A stretch of 64,000 nucleotides of DNA from Tricharina praecox (Eukaryota): contig NW_026250403.1 of the NCBI RefSeq assembly GCF_024521635.1, positions 2,294,001-2,358,000 of the forward strand, given 5' to 3'. Each line of letters begins with the position of its first letter. Position 1 is the stretch's first letter. The notes under the pieces are model-generated. The model was not told the origin of the DNA. It worked only from the letters and a program-made list of their open reading frames with translations, and made no database searches. Shown one piece after another: positions 47,144-60,600 of the stretch. The position numbers and the translations under genes were made by a program.

Positions 47144-48664
47144 CTACAGGCTAAACACTGGTGCCGCAGTCTTGTCCCAGTTCTGATCCCATCGATTCTC
47201 CGTCTCCTTCAACGCGCCCGCCTTGAGTTTTTCCAGCTCCTGCTTTCTCCTGGGGTCAAACAGTCTTCCCAGTACACCGGCCAGCTCATCCTCAGTGGTG
47301 AAGGTGACGCCATTCTCGCCCTCCTTCACGAGCTCACCGACACTTTCGAACCTTACCGCTGCGACTGGCACGCCCACGCCGAACAGATCCACGACCTTCA
47401 TGGGCAGGTCCATGCCGGAGCTGCTGGTGTGCAAGCTCACGCCCAGGTCTGCGCACGCAATCATCTTCGGGTAGTCCTCTGCCTCGAGCCACACGCTCTT
47501 TACGGTGATGTACTGGAACTCGAGGGATTCCACGCGCGCCATGTATCCATCGCGCAGCGGACCTTTGCCGGTGATCACCGCGAGAATCGACGGGACCGAG
47601 TTCGGCCGCAGGAAGTTCTCGGCGCTGGCGCGCCGGTCGTACACGGACAGCGCGCCGAGGAGGAGCGAGAAGTCTTCGTCGGCGGTCCAGGAGGTCGAGG
47701 AAATGAGCAGCTTGGTCTGCCCCGAGAGGATCTTGTCGGCGTATGGGGCAACGTCGGCGTTGGCTTTGAGGAACGTGGCGCGCTCGGAGTCGGAGAAGGG
47801 CTGGAAGTGCGAGGGCGGCCGGTCGTAAAGTGTGTGGATTGGAGACTTGAAACCCCACGATTCGCGGAGGCGCTTGTTCATCGAGGCGGTAACGGTAAAG
47901 TTCGCGTCAGCTGTTATGCGACCGAGGATTATCTCGTAGCTAAATCAATTAGTCATCTAAAGAGCTCTCGAAATACAGGCGGGGAAATGGGGACAAACAG
48001 CTTCGCGCCCAGGACCAACGGGTGTTCCTTCAACTTCATCTGCAGGATGCTGTAGCCGAAGTTGTGCCAATCGATAACCACCTTCTGGCCCCTCAGAACT
48101 GCGGCAACCTTGGCCACAACCAATGTTGGAATAGAGGGAGGGTTTTGAACCAGCACATATCCCGTTGTAATGGGGATGGTGTAAAGGAGCGTATCCAGGA
48201 GCGTAAGAAGCTGGTAGAGCGCCTTGAACGGGGCAAAGAATACGAATTTCGTTGCCGTAGAGGTGTCCAAAAACTTTGGCGGTGGTTTCAATGGATGGAT
48301 GTAGATGGAGGGATTCGAAAGGATCTCCTGGCGCGGAGGCGTATCTGGCCAGCTTCCGTCAGCGTCCACCTTGCCTCCCATCATCCAATCCAGCACCAAG
48401 CATACCATTGTACCCAACAAGATCCACCTTCCCTCCCTTGCGTGCAATAGAAAGCGCATGATGCTGCATTCTCGGACTTCGCCCTATATCGCCAAGGACC
48501 AAAACGACAACTCGCGGCCGGCCATCAGGCGCGGGAGTGTACCGGAACGGCAACGACAGAATAAGGAAGCCGGTGATTGTTATCGAGATGAAACAGAGAT
48601 GAAGAGCCCATGGCTGAATTGCGAGGAGAGCCTTGAGGTACACTGGGTCCGATGGGTTCGCCAT
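47144..48664 (-). CDS. ALG1: Chitobiosyldiphosphodolichol beta-1,4-mannosyltransferase, 3 exons
   Basis: Motifs [52 protein letters not shown] and [25 protein letters not shown]. Confidence 0.96.
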
Positions 48665-50241
48665 TCTGACGGAAGGAAACGTGGCGGTGGTAATGGTGGT
48701 AGTGGTGGTTTGGCCGTTGGATGGTGAGGATTAGAATGTGACGACGTGTTTAGCCGCCCAACCACCCATTGAACCTTGCACAGCTGCTTTGGGCACCCTT
48801 CTGGAAGAAACGGTGTGGAAACCCATGAGGCTCCCGATTAAACGGTTCCGCAGAATGGATAAGCACTGACTGTGTGCATAGGCGGCCTGACTGGATACCT
48901 ATGGTACTCGACCCCACAACCCCACAATTGCATGGGATGTTTCTTCTCAGGTCGTGCGTGGAGAATAGTCGATGCACTGATTATGAATATTCCCGCCCCG
49001 CAGGTAGAGTAGTAAGTGAAGAGCTGGAGCCTGGAGGAATGCCATCTGGCCGGCCATGCGGATTCATCGCTAGATGCCACTTGGGACTCGGAATTGCACA
49101 TGGACCTATTCGGTAACGCCAGCTGGAGCTCACATCTGGCTCGCTAGGGGCATTCTCGAATCTGACTTTGTTTCCGGATACCTCCCTTACTTGAGCTGTC
49201 AGTCTCAACCCATGCCACCTGGAGGCAAGACATGGCGGAACGCTAGCTCCCACCACTCGTCGACTCCTTCACTCACGGAATTATGGGAGCGGCGACGGTG
49301 AAGAGGCCTTTAAGAGTTGTTCGCATACAATATGTTGCAGGTCCGGTGATCAATTGCCGGGCAGATAGGGCAGTGGACACGAGCGCAGAGCGACGAAACT
49401 TTCGGCCCGAATGGTGGCCAAAAGATCTACACGCCGATTTCGCACAGTGTTAATGCATCGGTCCCCTCTGGATTCCGTTCACGAACCACCGCGGTCTCGT
49501 CCACTCGGGCCTGCCTCTTTCTCGAAAGACTGCAGCGACATGTCCCGCCAGCAGATCCCCCAAAATCGAGTTTGAATTTCTGGCCCGGTGGATCATTGTT
49601 AAAGTCGGCGACCTGATCTCGATGTTTGAGATTTGATTTTGGACGAAAACAAAGATCTTCCCGTATGGTCTGTGGATGCTGGTGATCGCCTTGCCACGGG
49701 GTATCTCTAACAGATGGATGAGATTAGGTTTGTCTCCGGTATGATCGGTAGATGCTGGTAGTCAGTCGCCTCGCCACGACAGATGGATGGCATTAGCTTT
49801 GTCTCCGGTGAGATCGCGATGTTTCGATGGTGCCTGCAGATAATCGTACATTATTACCCCTGCTGCTTATGGTCTTCAAACGTTCGCTTTGCATTTCGAG
49901 ACGCAGTAACCCACGCATGCCCGTGGGAAGCCGATTCACTCCAATCTGGCATCAAACTTCCCCAGATACCTTCGTAATGCCACGATAAGAGCCAAATAGC
50001 CTTTGCCCCTCAGTTTCGTACCATCTTTACCGTCCACTGCGCCGCTCCAGTTTGCCCCCTGCAAAGAACACACTCACAAAGGGGTTCCGTTCCTGAGAAG
50101 TGCATCAATCACCAGCTCATCCCTCTCCGGCCCGCACCCCCGTCATCTTCATCCCTACCTCCAGATCACAGAAGATACCTACATGTCTGCACAGTGAATC
50201 AAGGCCACCCTTTCCCCTCCCCATCAAGGTTCCTCGTCGCC

Positions 50242-52853
50242 ATGTACAGCAATAGCAATCACCACGACCCCGATCACGACTACAATCACGACCACGACCG
50301 CGACCACGACCACGATCACGCCCACCACAGCCACGACCACGATGACTACGGACACGACCACAGCCACGAACCCAAGGTAAACGGCCACGGTCATTCCCAC
50401 TCACACCCACTTACGCCGTCGCCCACGATTACGACTGCTTCTACGACGCCCAAACTTTCACATTCACACTCCCCTTCGCTGGGACCTCCGGCGGGAAGGA
50501 CACGTACGCACCGATACAGCCCTTCGTTGGGTCAGTCCCCTTTGCAGAATGGCTACGCGTCTCCCGCGCCGGACATCGCGGGACCTCCCGTGGCGGTGGC
50601 ATACTCAGCTGCAGCTCATTCCAGAAAAAAGAGCGAGCCGTTCTCCAACAATGAGTACTGCTCTGCCCCCGTTACGTCCGGAGCCGGACAGACTCATTGA
50701 CTTGTTTAGGGACCCGATCGCATTGACGTTCTCCTCCCTTACCACTCCGCTGTTCGTTACGACGGCGCTGATGCTCGCGTCGCTCTCACATTCGTTCAAT
50801 CCCACCTCGCCGAAACACGAGCACTCGCCCACCGCGGGAACAGCGCAGGTACTAGCCGAGCCGTCAGCATTCTTCGGACTGCTCGCGCGGCTGTCTGCCG
50901 CAGCCGCGGTCTCGTCGGGGACGCTTTTTTTGACATTCCTGTTTGGCATCGTAAAACTACAGTTTCCGGATTCGGTGGATGAAGGCGGCGGATATGCACG
51001 GCGGAAGCCACTTCCTATATCGGTGCGGGAGGTGGCCGAGCGCGTGACCGGTATCTGGGTGTGTTTCTTTGCGGCTATGGAGCTGGGAGGCGTCAGGACT
51101 GCGGCGTTGGTGCTGGTGTACATGGCCTCCGGGCTGGAGAGCATGGGGGTGAAATATGTGACCAAGCGGAAGACCGTGATGAGCGCTGTCGGTGTTACGG
51201 CGGCGTGGGATCTCTGGCGGGAGGTTGAGTACGGAGAGCGTGTGTTGGGGATATTGATTGCCTACACCGCGCTATTCGCCGCAACGGTATGGATGCATAG
51301 TCCCTGGACACCAGAAAAGCCCTCCGCACATGTGAACAGGGTTGCGTTGGTGGCGGCATGTGTCCCTGGCTCCGTGGCATTACTCGCTTGGCTCTTGGGA
51401 GTGGAAGCCACGGCTTATCCGGGGCTGACGAATGGGCTGCCAGGGCTCGGGTTGCTCGCTTGCGTTGTTGGTGCGGCGGCGGCGGTATTCGGGGAGGGAG
51501 TCAAGGAGAACGCCGTGTATGGCGCCGGCATATTCGCTGCTATTGCCGGCGGCTGGGTGTTCGGGCTGATCACCGGAAACGACATCTGGAGTGAAGCCGG
51601 CCTTGGAGGATTGGCTTTGGCAGGTATGACCGTCCCTCTGCCATTTCACGGGTGATCGCTTACACGACATTACACAGCGATCTCGTTCGACAGTAGAGCT
51701 TCCGCAGGTGGGCATGACGGACATGATCACGGTCACGACAACTCGCATGGCCATTCCCACGGCCATTCCCAGGAACACAACCATGGCCATGATGACCATC
51801 ACCACCACAGTGCTACCCCTCCTTCCGCCATGACGATGTTCCTGCTGCGGAAGTTCGAGGGCACACCACTTATCCACTCGATCCTGCTGGAGAAAGACTC
51901 CCGAAGGATATCGTACTTCATGTGTCTTAACTTTTTGTTCATGATAGTCCAGACCGCATATGGTTTCCTTACCGGATCCTTGGGCCTCATCAGCGACAGC
52001 GTACACATGTTCTTCGACTGTCTCGCACTGGCCGTCGGTGTTTCAGCTGCGGTCATGAGCAAATGGCCACCTAGCAGCAGGTATCCTTATGGTTTGGGAA
52101 AGATGGATACCCTGGCCGGGTTTGCCAACGGCATATTCCTAATGTAATTACCCTCGCCCGCACCGTCAATTGATATATTAACATTTCCCCAGGCTCATCT
52201 CCATTGAGATCGTCTTTGAAGCGCTGGAGCGTCTCAAAGCGCCAACGGAGATGTCCCGCCTCGGCGAGCTATTCTTCGTCTCCACCGCTGGCCTCGCCGT
52301 GAACATGGTTGGCATCTTTGCCTTCGACCACGCACACGCCCATGGCGGCGGCGGCCACAGTCACTCCCATGGTGGCGGCGCAGACGGAAGCGACAACATG
52401 CATGGCATCTTTCTGCACATTCTTGCCGACGCACTGGGCTCGTTGAGCGTTGTGATCTCGACGGTTTTGATCCACTATACATCCTGGCCCGGCTTCGACC
52501 CGCTGGCGTCGATGCTCATCGCCATCCTCATCTTTGCCTCTTCCATCCCGCTGGTTACTTCCGCCGCCAAGAACCTGCTCTTGACAGTCGATGCCGGAAC
52601 CGAGTACACTCTCCGCGAGGCCATCGCAGGTATCAGCGCACTCCCGGGCGTGCGCGGCTACCAAGCAACGAGGTTCTGGCAGAGTGGAGAGGGCATGGTC
52701 CGCGGCGTCGTACACGTCACTGCCGAGGGCGATGCGGAGTCCATCAGAAGGCGCGTCGAGGACTGGCTGAAGCAGAACGTGGAGGGTGTCGATGTTACGG
52801 TCGTTGTGGAACGCGGTGGCGAGGGAGGATGTTGGTGTCGCAAAAAGGAGTAG
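50242..52853 (+). CDS. Cation diffusion facilitator zinc transporter, Msc2/ZnT5-like (long N-terminal membrane domain plus C-terminal CDF domain), 4 exons
   Basis: Motifs DSRRISYFMCLNFLFMIVQ..SLGLISDSVHMFFDC, YPYGLGKMDTLAGFANG and NMHGIFLHILADALGS; three His-rich tracts. Start codon uncertain. Confidence 0.9.
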
Positions 52854-53143
52854 GGCATCATCTAGGAGCATATGAAGTAACCGTGATCTTGTATTCTTCT
52901 TCCTTTCTTTGCTTTCTTCTTTTATTCTCTTGTGGCTTCGGATTTTTGGGATGGATGGATGGACGGATGGACGGATGGACGGATGGATGGGCAGGTGTTT
53001 GGAGGTGAATCTGTGGAATCGAACAAAAGAGAGGGGGCGTGTGTGTACATGAGGACCTTGGAGGACCAGTAGTAATAGTGTAAAACTATTGGCAGCCTGA
53101 TAGAATACATACATTGTATTTCTCGGTCGCGGTCGTGTGGTCA

Positions 53144-53540
53144 TCATACCAGAGAATGGCCCCACACCTCATCCGCCTTCTCCTGCCTCCTCTGCTCCCG
53201 CACGGCTTTGATCTCCCCCTTCTCCTCCTTCTCCTGCTGCACCACCGCCACCAACGTCTTCTGGTACATGTACTCCTCGGCTAACACATTGCGGCGGCCA
53301 CTGACTGCACGCCGAGCACGGATCAGCTATATCCACCACAACCACCACCGTTAGCCACCGTTAGTCTCCCGTTCAGCGAGCGGAGGAGAGGGGAGTGCGC
53401 AGCCTGCAGGAACTCACGGCAGCAGTAAATGTAAATTTATCCACCTCGGCAGCTTTTATTTCCGCTCTGCGCGCTACGACGTCTCGCATCGCTGCGGATA
53501 GCTGCTCGCCCGGTGCTTGAGTTGATCTCGTGTGCGACAT
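53144..53540 (-). CDS. Small orphan protein (101 aa, 2 exons), charged and helical
   Basis: MSHTRSTQAPGEQLSAAMRDVVARRAEIKAAEVDKFTFTAA | intron 53327-53417 (GTGAGT..CTAAC..TAG) | LIRARRAVSGRRNVLAEEYMYQK..EVWGHSLV*. Confidence 0.6.
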
Positions 53541-55032
53541 TGCTATGGAGCTGGGGATTGGGATTTGGAGGTTGGATATGAGGCGGGAATCAGATGGTGA
53601 GGTTGGAGAGGGTTGAGGTTGAAGTTGAAGTTGGGAATGGGGTTGGGAATGGAGTTGGGAAGGGAGCGGGTTTCTTTGTTTCGGAGGTGTTGTTTGGCAG
53701 GAATGGGCATATAGTTCTTTGTTTGTCTCCGGAGTTTGGACTATGGAATCCATTGTACCCAGCCTCCATTGATGATATAAACAACTCCTGTTTAGTTGGG
53801 ATGATAGGCACGGACTCGGATGGAAGTCCTCGCGAGCTTCTCGTCCGGAATACATACCTCATACCTCGAGCAGTCTTCCATAAAACCATAATCCCCCTCA
53901 AGTCGACGAGTCCATCACTGTCAATAACCGTGTTCCTGTGAACCACATAGATACCGTACCTATTCTGGCTGTCGGATTGATACATAACTCACCAAAATCA
54001 TCAGTGAAGTCATGGGATGATTGATATTGATACGAAGAACCGGGGTTTATCTGATGATTGCCGCCCTACATACGCTCAAGTCCCCATAATATTCGTCACC
54101 CTTGCTGCTTCGATCCATCCTCGCCGGGCGTGGAGAGATTTCCTGCAACACGACTTGTGGCTCGGAACTTTTGTTTGGTAGGCAGCGGTGCCACATCGTG
54201 CTGGCCGGTACGTATCGGGGCCTCCACCCCGGCCGGTCAGAGTGGGCACTGGGCACTGGGCAGGAAAGGAGTGTGGCGGTTCGCCACAGTCTACTACCGG
54301 TATATAGGCTGCATGCGAAATAAATTGAAGATCTCTCTCTATGAGGCTGCATGCAATTGATGACCAAAGAAAAGAAAAGGTACGTACATACGCGAGACAG
54401 GGAATTTGGATTTTGCAGTTGCTGGTTTCATGGACAAAAAAGCTATGTATAGTAGATATAGCAAGCTTTGTGAATGGAACAAACGGTTGAATTAAGGCCC
54501 GTATCTTGAATCTTGATATATATGGCCCGAACCCAACCTATCAACCGGTACTCAGTCTCCACCCAAGAGCCAAGCTTCTCGTCACTTGCACCTTCTCACC
54601 GCGAATAGCGTGCCGCGTCTGTCTTTCTATCTGTCTGTCTGTGATGTGTACACCCACAACTGGGCACCGCAGACTTCGGAATTCGAGATGTTTACATATC
54701 AACCATCCTGAATCCTGATCCCAGCTCGAGATAAACTAGGCAGCGATGCCGAGCCGGAGCTTATCCGGATAGGGCAGCTTAACGTCGTCCCTGCCCGTTC
54801 ACGGATGGCCAATCATGCCAGCCTGTGTGCCCGCTGCTCGGTGCCGGCCGGTCTCTCTCTATATATCTATGTGGAGTACTCTATCAAATCCCCGGTTGGG
54901 CATGCGAGGAGGAGATTCGCCAGAAGTCTTGATAGAAAAGAGATTGAGAAGCCAAGCAGGCAGACGGCGGCCTGGCGGGCGCGGCGGCGGTTGAAACTTG
55001 AGAGAGTTGTGATTACATATCTATCTCTGCCC

Positions 55033-55038
55033 CACGTG
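55033..55038. promoter_or_regulatory. CACGTG box (candidate Pho4/NUC-1/PalcA site) upstream of the 5'-nucleotidase
   Basis: About 100 bp upstream of TATAAA (~55139) and about 205 bp upstream of the ATG; a single site. Confidence 0.4.
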
Positions 55039-55241
55039 GATAAGCTAATCACTAGTACTCTAAGTGGGTATTTTTTCTGGAGCTGTACTATGCCTGAACG
55101 TCTCGTGCGACAAAGTAGAACACCCAGTCGTGTTGTAGTATAAAGTGCGAAGTAGGTATCCCGCCTTCCCTCCTCCTCTTCAACTCGCCTTCCACTCAGC
55201 ACAGCGAACCGATTCGAGAATTGAGAGTTGGATAAGTAGGT

Positions 55242-57192
55242 ATGAAGTTCTTTACAGGAATCGCCTTGGTCTTGGAGGCGCTGTCGGTGTTTGCAGGCGT
55301 CCTCGCGGACGCGGAGCCGGAAGTCATCGTCGATAAGCTGGTATCGCGGAGGAGCGGCCTGGGCAGGAGGGATCGCGGGTACTCGAATGGCGGCAGCAAG
55401 GACACGACGGGGAAGTGGAAGAATGGACGGCAGAAGAACGGAAAGAACTATGAGATCTCGTTCTACCACATCAATGATGTTCACGCGTGAGCATTCTCGG
55501 AAGGAGAGGGGGATGGGGAGAATGGCCGAACTGATATGGAAGCGCAGACATCTCGATGAATTCCGTGCCAGCGGGTCGTCCTGCATTGATCCGTCGAAGG
55601 GTAGGGGAAATCGTCAATATCGGCACTGGTGCTAGTTAGCCGCTAACATCGATATAGGATGTGTTGGAGGTTACTCCCGTGTCAAAACGGTTATCGACCA
55701 GACGAGGAAGACGCACAAGAACTCGCTGTTCCTGAACGCCGGAGACGAATTCCAGGTGAGTTCGGTCATGTACAGCTGTGGAAATGTCGAACCGACGCTG
55801 ATGGGTTGAAGGGAACCCTTTTCTACACCATCTTCAAGGGCGAGAAGATTGCCGAGACACTCAACCAGCTTGGATTCGACGCTATGACTTTAGGAAACCA
55901 CGAGTTTGACGACGGCGACGATTTGCTCGCCGGTTTCCTGCACAACCTGACTTTCCCTGTCATTTCCAGCAACGTCCATACAGACAACAGGGAGCTTGCA
56001 AGTGCTCTCCTGCCATACAAGATCTTCAAAAAGCACAAGCTCGCGGTCCTTGCAGTGACCACCGAGACTACTGCCGGTATTTCCAACCCTGGAAACGGCA
56101 CCACTTTCGAGGATCCTGTGGCCGCTGCCATCCGTACTGTCAAGGCCATCAAGAAGAAGCACCGGGATATTAAACGTATTGTGGCTCTTACCCACATCGG
56201 CTATGACAAGGATATCGAGCTTGCAAAGGCGACGACCGATATCTCGCTGATCATTGGTGGTCACTCGCACACTCTGCTCGGCAACCAGACTGCCGCCAAA
56301 GGAAAATACCCCACCATCGAGACCAACCTCGACGGCGACGAAGTCTTCATCGTGCAGGCCTACCGCTGGGGTGAATATCTCGGATACATCGACGTAGAGT
56401 ACGACTCGAAGGGCAAGATCGTTGCTTACGAGGGTGCTCCCTTCCACCTGACCAATGCCACCAAGGAGGATGTCGGACTCAAGTCGCAGATCAAGGGATG
56501 GTCCACTGCCTTCGAAGCATACTCCGGTACCGTACTCGGGGTCACTGAGTTCGATCTCATTCAGTCCACTTGCCAATCGATGGAGTGCACGCTCGGCGAC
56601 TTCACCGCGGACTCGATGGAGGACTACCGCCCTTCCGAGAACCTGGCCGGTGCTATCATCAACGCCGGCGGTATACGCGCCGAGATTGACGCCGGAAAAA
56701 TCACGCTGCAGCAGGCGCTCGAGTGCTTCCCCTTCGGCAACAGGTATGTTCCCCCACACCTCCTCCGTTCCAGCCGCTAACCTTCGCCGCAGCATCGTCG
56801 AGCTCGACTTCACCGGCGAGCAGCTATGGACCATCTTCGAGGGGATCGCCTCGCGCCTCAACCAAGAAAACGGCCTCGCAGTAACGAGCATGGTGCAAGT
56901 CTCGCGCAGCATCCGGCTCACCTACAACCCGACGAACCCCGTTGGCAGCCGTCTCATCACGCTGAAGATCAAAGCCCAGCCCATCGACCTGACCAAGACC
57001 TACACCATCAGCACGCTCGACTTCCTGGCCACCGGCGGCGACAACTTCTGGGCCCCCAGGACCGACTTTGTCACCCTGGACACGATGGACGAGGTCTGGG
57101 CGGACTATGTGCGCGAGGTCACGCCGATCTCGTATGTCCTCGATGGGAGGATCGCGACTACCACCGAGACGGTGCCGCAGAAGGGAGTGTAA
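55242..57192 (+). CDS. Secreted 5'-nucleotidase (calcineurin-like metallophosphoesterase plus 5'-NT C-terminal domain), 5 exons
   Basis: Signal peptide; motifs HINDVHAHLDEF, LNAGDEFQGTLFY, LGNHEFD, ALTHIG, IGGHSH, INAGGIR, FPFGN and DFLATGGD. Confidence 0.94.
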
Positions 57193-57654
57193 TTACTCGG
57201 CTGCCGAAAGACGGAGTACGACGTGCGTAATGATACCCAGGAACTACGGTGATGTTGGTATTTGGTAATGAGTGGCTAAGGCGTTTGTTGTCTGGGTAAT
57301 CTGATAATCAATAACTTTTTGAGTCTCCACACTTGTCACACACACACTTGCGTGAAACTGTGCCTGAGTGCAATGTGCAGAACATAAAATTGGATATCAT
57401 CGTGTGATCCGTATATTACGTCGCGGTTATTGGGGCCACAACCTAAAACATTCCATCCTCACACCCCATTCCCCAAAACCAGGTACCCCACAAAACTTTA
57501 ACGCCAAACATCCACCCACCATATCGTTAAAGTCCCCCAAACTCCAGCGTCCCACGCCATTCCAGTACTCTCCCGCCGCACCACCTCAATATCAATCACA
57601 AGTACTTACGCACGACCATCCAGAGACCCGCCCGCCTACCCTATGGGCCATCAC

Positions 57655-60600
57655 TCAAGGACAAACCAACCCCGACGCTTCCGCGAATTTCTCCTTCTCT
57701 GTCCACACACTCGTATCAGCACTCTAATTTATCATCCCCCCATCCCCCCTCCCCCTCCCCTCTCTCCCTCCCCCCACCGCTCGTCGGGTATCCATCCAAC
57801 CCCCTTACCTCTACAAGTCTCGAACTGAATGGTGATCAGCCCCTCGATCTCAGCGCCCTCCTTCTCCTTACCACCACCGCCAGTGTTAGTAGCTTCAACA
57901 GCCGCCATAGCACCCAGGTTTATGCTCGTCCCGCGGGCGGTGTCGATACTGAGCACCACGGCCTTTTCCGAGCCGGGTTTTTGTGGCTGGTTCATTGTTG
58001 GTGATGCGGGTACTACAATGCAGTTGTGAGTTTATATCGCCAGTGGAATGATGTAGGGGTTGTAGGTACATGCGGCGGATAACCAGTGGTCCCCTCCCGT
58101 ATTCACGCCGTGCCAGCGCACAAGAAGCTGCTTCTTCCCCGGGTCTTTCTGCCACACCGAAATGTTCGCGGCGGCTTTGGGACCGCGGGGTTTACGGTTG
58201 AACCGGCTTTGGAGGGTGGTGGGCTCGTATTTAACACGGATTACGTTGCTAGGGGTGGATGTCAACGGATGAGGGGGACGGAGGAGGAGGGGTACTGACC
58301 TTGCGTACTTGAGCAGCCAGCCCGAGGTCAACGATTGGAAGAGTTGCTGCGCCACCGAAAACTCCCTGAACGATATGTCCAGCGCCAGATGCCGCTTCTC
58401 GCAGTGGTGGAACTTTGCGGCCAGCGGCGCCCTCATGTCGCAATACTGCATCGTGTGGTTGGATATGTAATCCGTCACGAACGTTGATTTCGGATCGAAG
58501 TGCGCAGTGAGGCCGCGGCCGGGTTCTAGCGTAAAATCGATAGTCTTGGGGACTGTGTGGAGTTAGGGCCTGTCATTTGCGGCCGGGGTGGACGCATAAG
58601 ACGAACCGTAGAAGATGGATGCGAAGGTCCAGCCGTCGCCAGTCGTTGAGATCGTTTGCAGGGCACGACATTTGTAGTCCTTCTGACCGATCCCCGTTAC
58701 TTTGAAGACGGAGTATACCTGGCGTTCGCCGTCGCCGCTGGAAAACGTCAATATGGCTGGCCGATGTCAATTGAAAAGGACAGTGGGAGGATGTTACGAT
58801 TGCCACAACGGATCTAGGGAGTAATTGAGAACTTTCTGCTTAAAGTCGTGGGCGTCTGCACTGATATCAGTCGCCAGCCTAGTTAAATACTCAAGTCTGC
58901 AAATATGAAACTCATACCGGCCGGTGAGAGAAAAGACAAGCTCAAGCATATATTGGGATCGTTCGGGTCGTATTCTCTGTTCCATTTGTGTGTTTTATCC
59001 GGCTGCTTTATCAAGCGACTTTGATTGCAGTCGGAGTACTTGAGGATGAGTTTTTTGGATCCGGTCTCATGCATCACGTAGACACGGTCCAACGGAAGAA
59101 CTGTCGCTTTCATCAGCGCTGGATATTGAGTTCAATTGGCTGGACGTACAGTAGCTTTTGCACTGCGGTGGCTGTTCTTTGGGCGAGCTTGTGAACACCA
59201 GTCGTCTGGTCCGCCGCCAACCTCCTTCCGAGGTCTCGAGAATGCGCACTTCGCAGAACATATGGGTGGGCACTCGGACTCGAGTATCGGTGGGTGTGAC
59301 ATGTGCCATAGATTCGAGCACACTGAGTTGTGATGAGCCACAGCCTATCAGGGCATGGGAAGGTGTAACATACATAGGAGGTTCTAGTAACCTCTCATTG
59401 TCTGAGTTTTCTTCACGTTCCTGCGTAACAGCCTCGAAGTACTGTATAGGGATTCTCAAGAACTCTTCGAAATCTAGTACATCATAGAAGTCAGTTGAAA
59501 GGCCATGTTTAGGATTGACATTGCTGATTGCTAGTATGGGTTTGTACATACCTCCTTCGTTGAGAAATTCGATCGCAGCGGGCATGGGGCCTGGAAACAA
59601 AAGCTCCAGTGTCGGCTTCAGCGGCAGTCTGACCCCACGAGTTTCGGTCCTCGAAAGGCATTCCCTGGTCACTAGAACAGATCAATTGGAGGTCGGCAGA
59701 ACATGGACCGCACGACATTCACTTACAGTCACGCGATAAGTGCAATACGCCTTGCTGGCTGCATATAGTGACCTTGAAATCGCTTTCCCCGTCTCGGCAC
59801 CAGAGAACGAGTAGATACGGTGCACCCATACTCCTCACTCGATACTCATTTTCTCCAATGGCTGCGTTAACAAATCTAGACAGCATTAGCATGGTTCCGG
59901 ATGACGAAGAAGTGCCCTACGTTCGGAAGAGCATATGTTCCCCTGCGCCACATGCACCTGTATCCTTGATTTCAACGGCAGTCCACCGCGAATGATCACC
60001 GCAATCTTGTCTTAGTAAGACGCCATTGGCGATTTTGCGATCGATGACATAAGAACGTTCCCAGATCGTCGTATGAAGTGGCATCCTTATGTCCTCCGGT
60101 TGTGCAATCAGTGCCTCGGCCCTAAGGAGGGTAGGGAAATCGTGATGTATCGCCTTCAATGGGATTTAGCACTCCTACGCATTTGCGCAGAATAGGATTC
60201 CATACATGGATGAGATCTAAGAAGAGCTTGAGGTTGTGGTCTGTGAGTGATGATGCTATCGCTTCGTCCTTCAGCACGACCTCGTAAACAATCCATGAAA
60301 CCTAGAGTATATGGTGAGCGATCTGATAGCGACTATAGATAGCGGTAATAGATAACCTTTCTCATATTGTCCAACGCCAGTAATAAAGATACTTCATTTC
60401 TCTCCTGGTTTATTGGTGCCGGTGTGATACTAGCCCCACGGAGAGAGGAATAAGGGCTCCCTTCACGAAAATCCCGCTCATATGCCGAAAACATGGTTCT
60501 GCTCTACAAAGAGACTAGTCAGAGCCCCATCATACATTGCAGAGTCTGATCTTACGGGAGGGGACATGCCTTCAATAACCACCAACCAGCACATCGCAGC

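Noticed and set aside
3484..59551. Six in-frame, stop-free introns (3484-3540, 7495-7590, 37428-37490, 40378-40434, 58249-58299, 59474-59551) as a possible intron-retention system
   Set aside because: With several dozen short introns in the window, about this many 3n stop-free introns are expected by chance. They matter only as an annotation caution.
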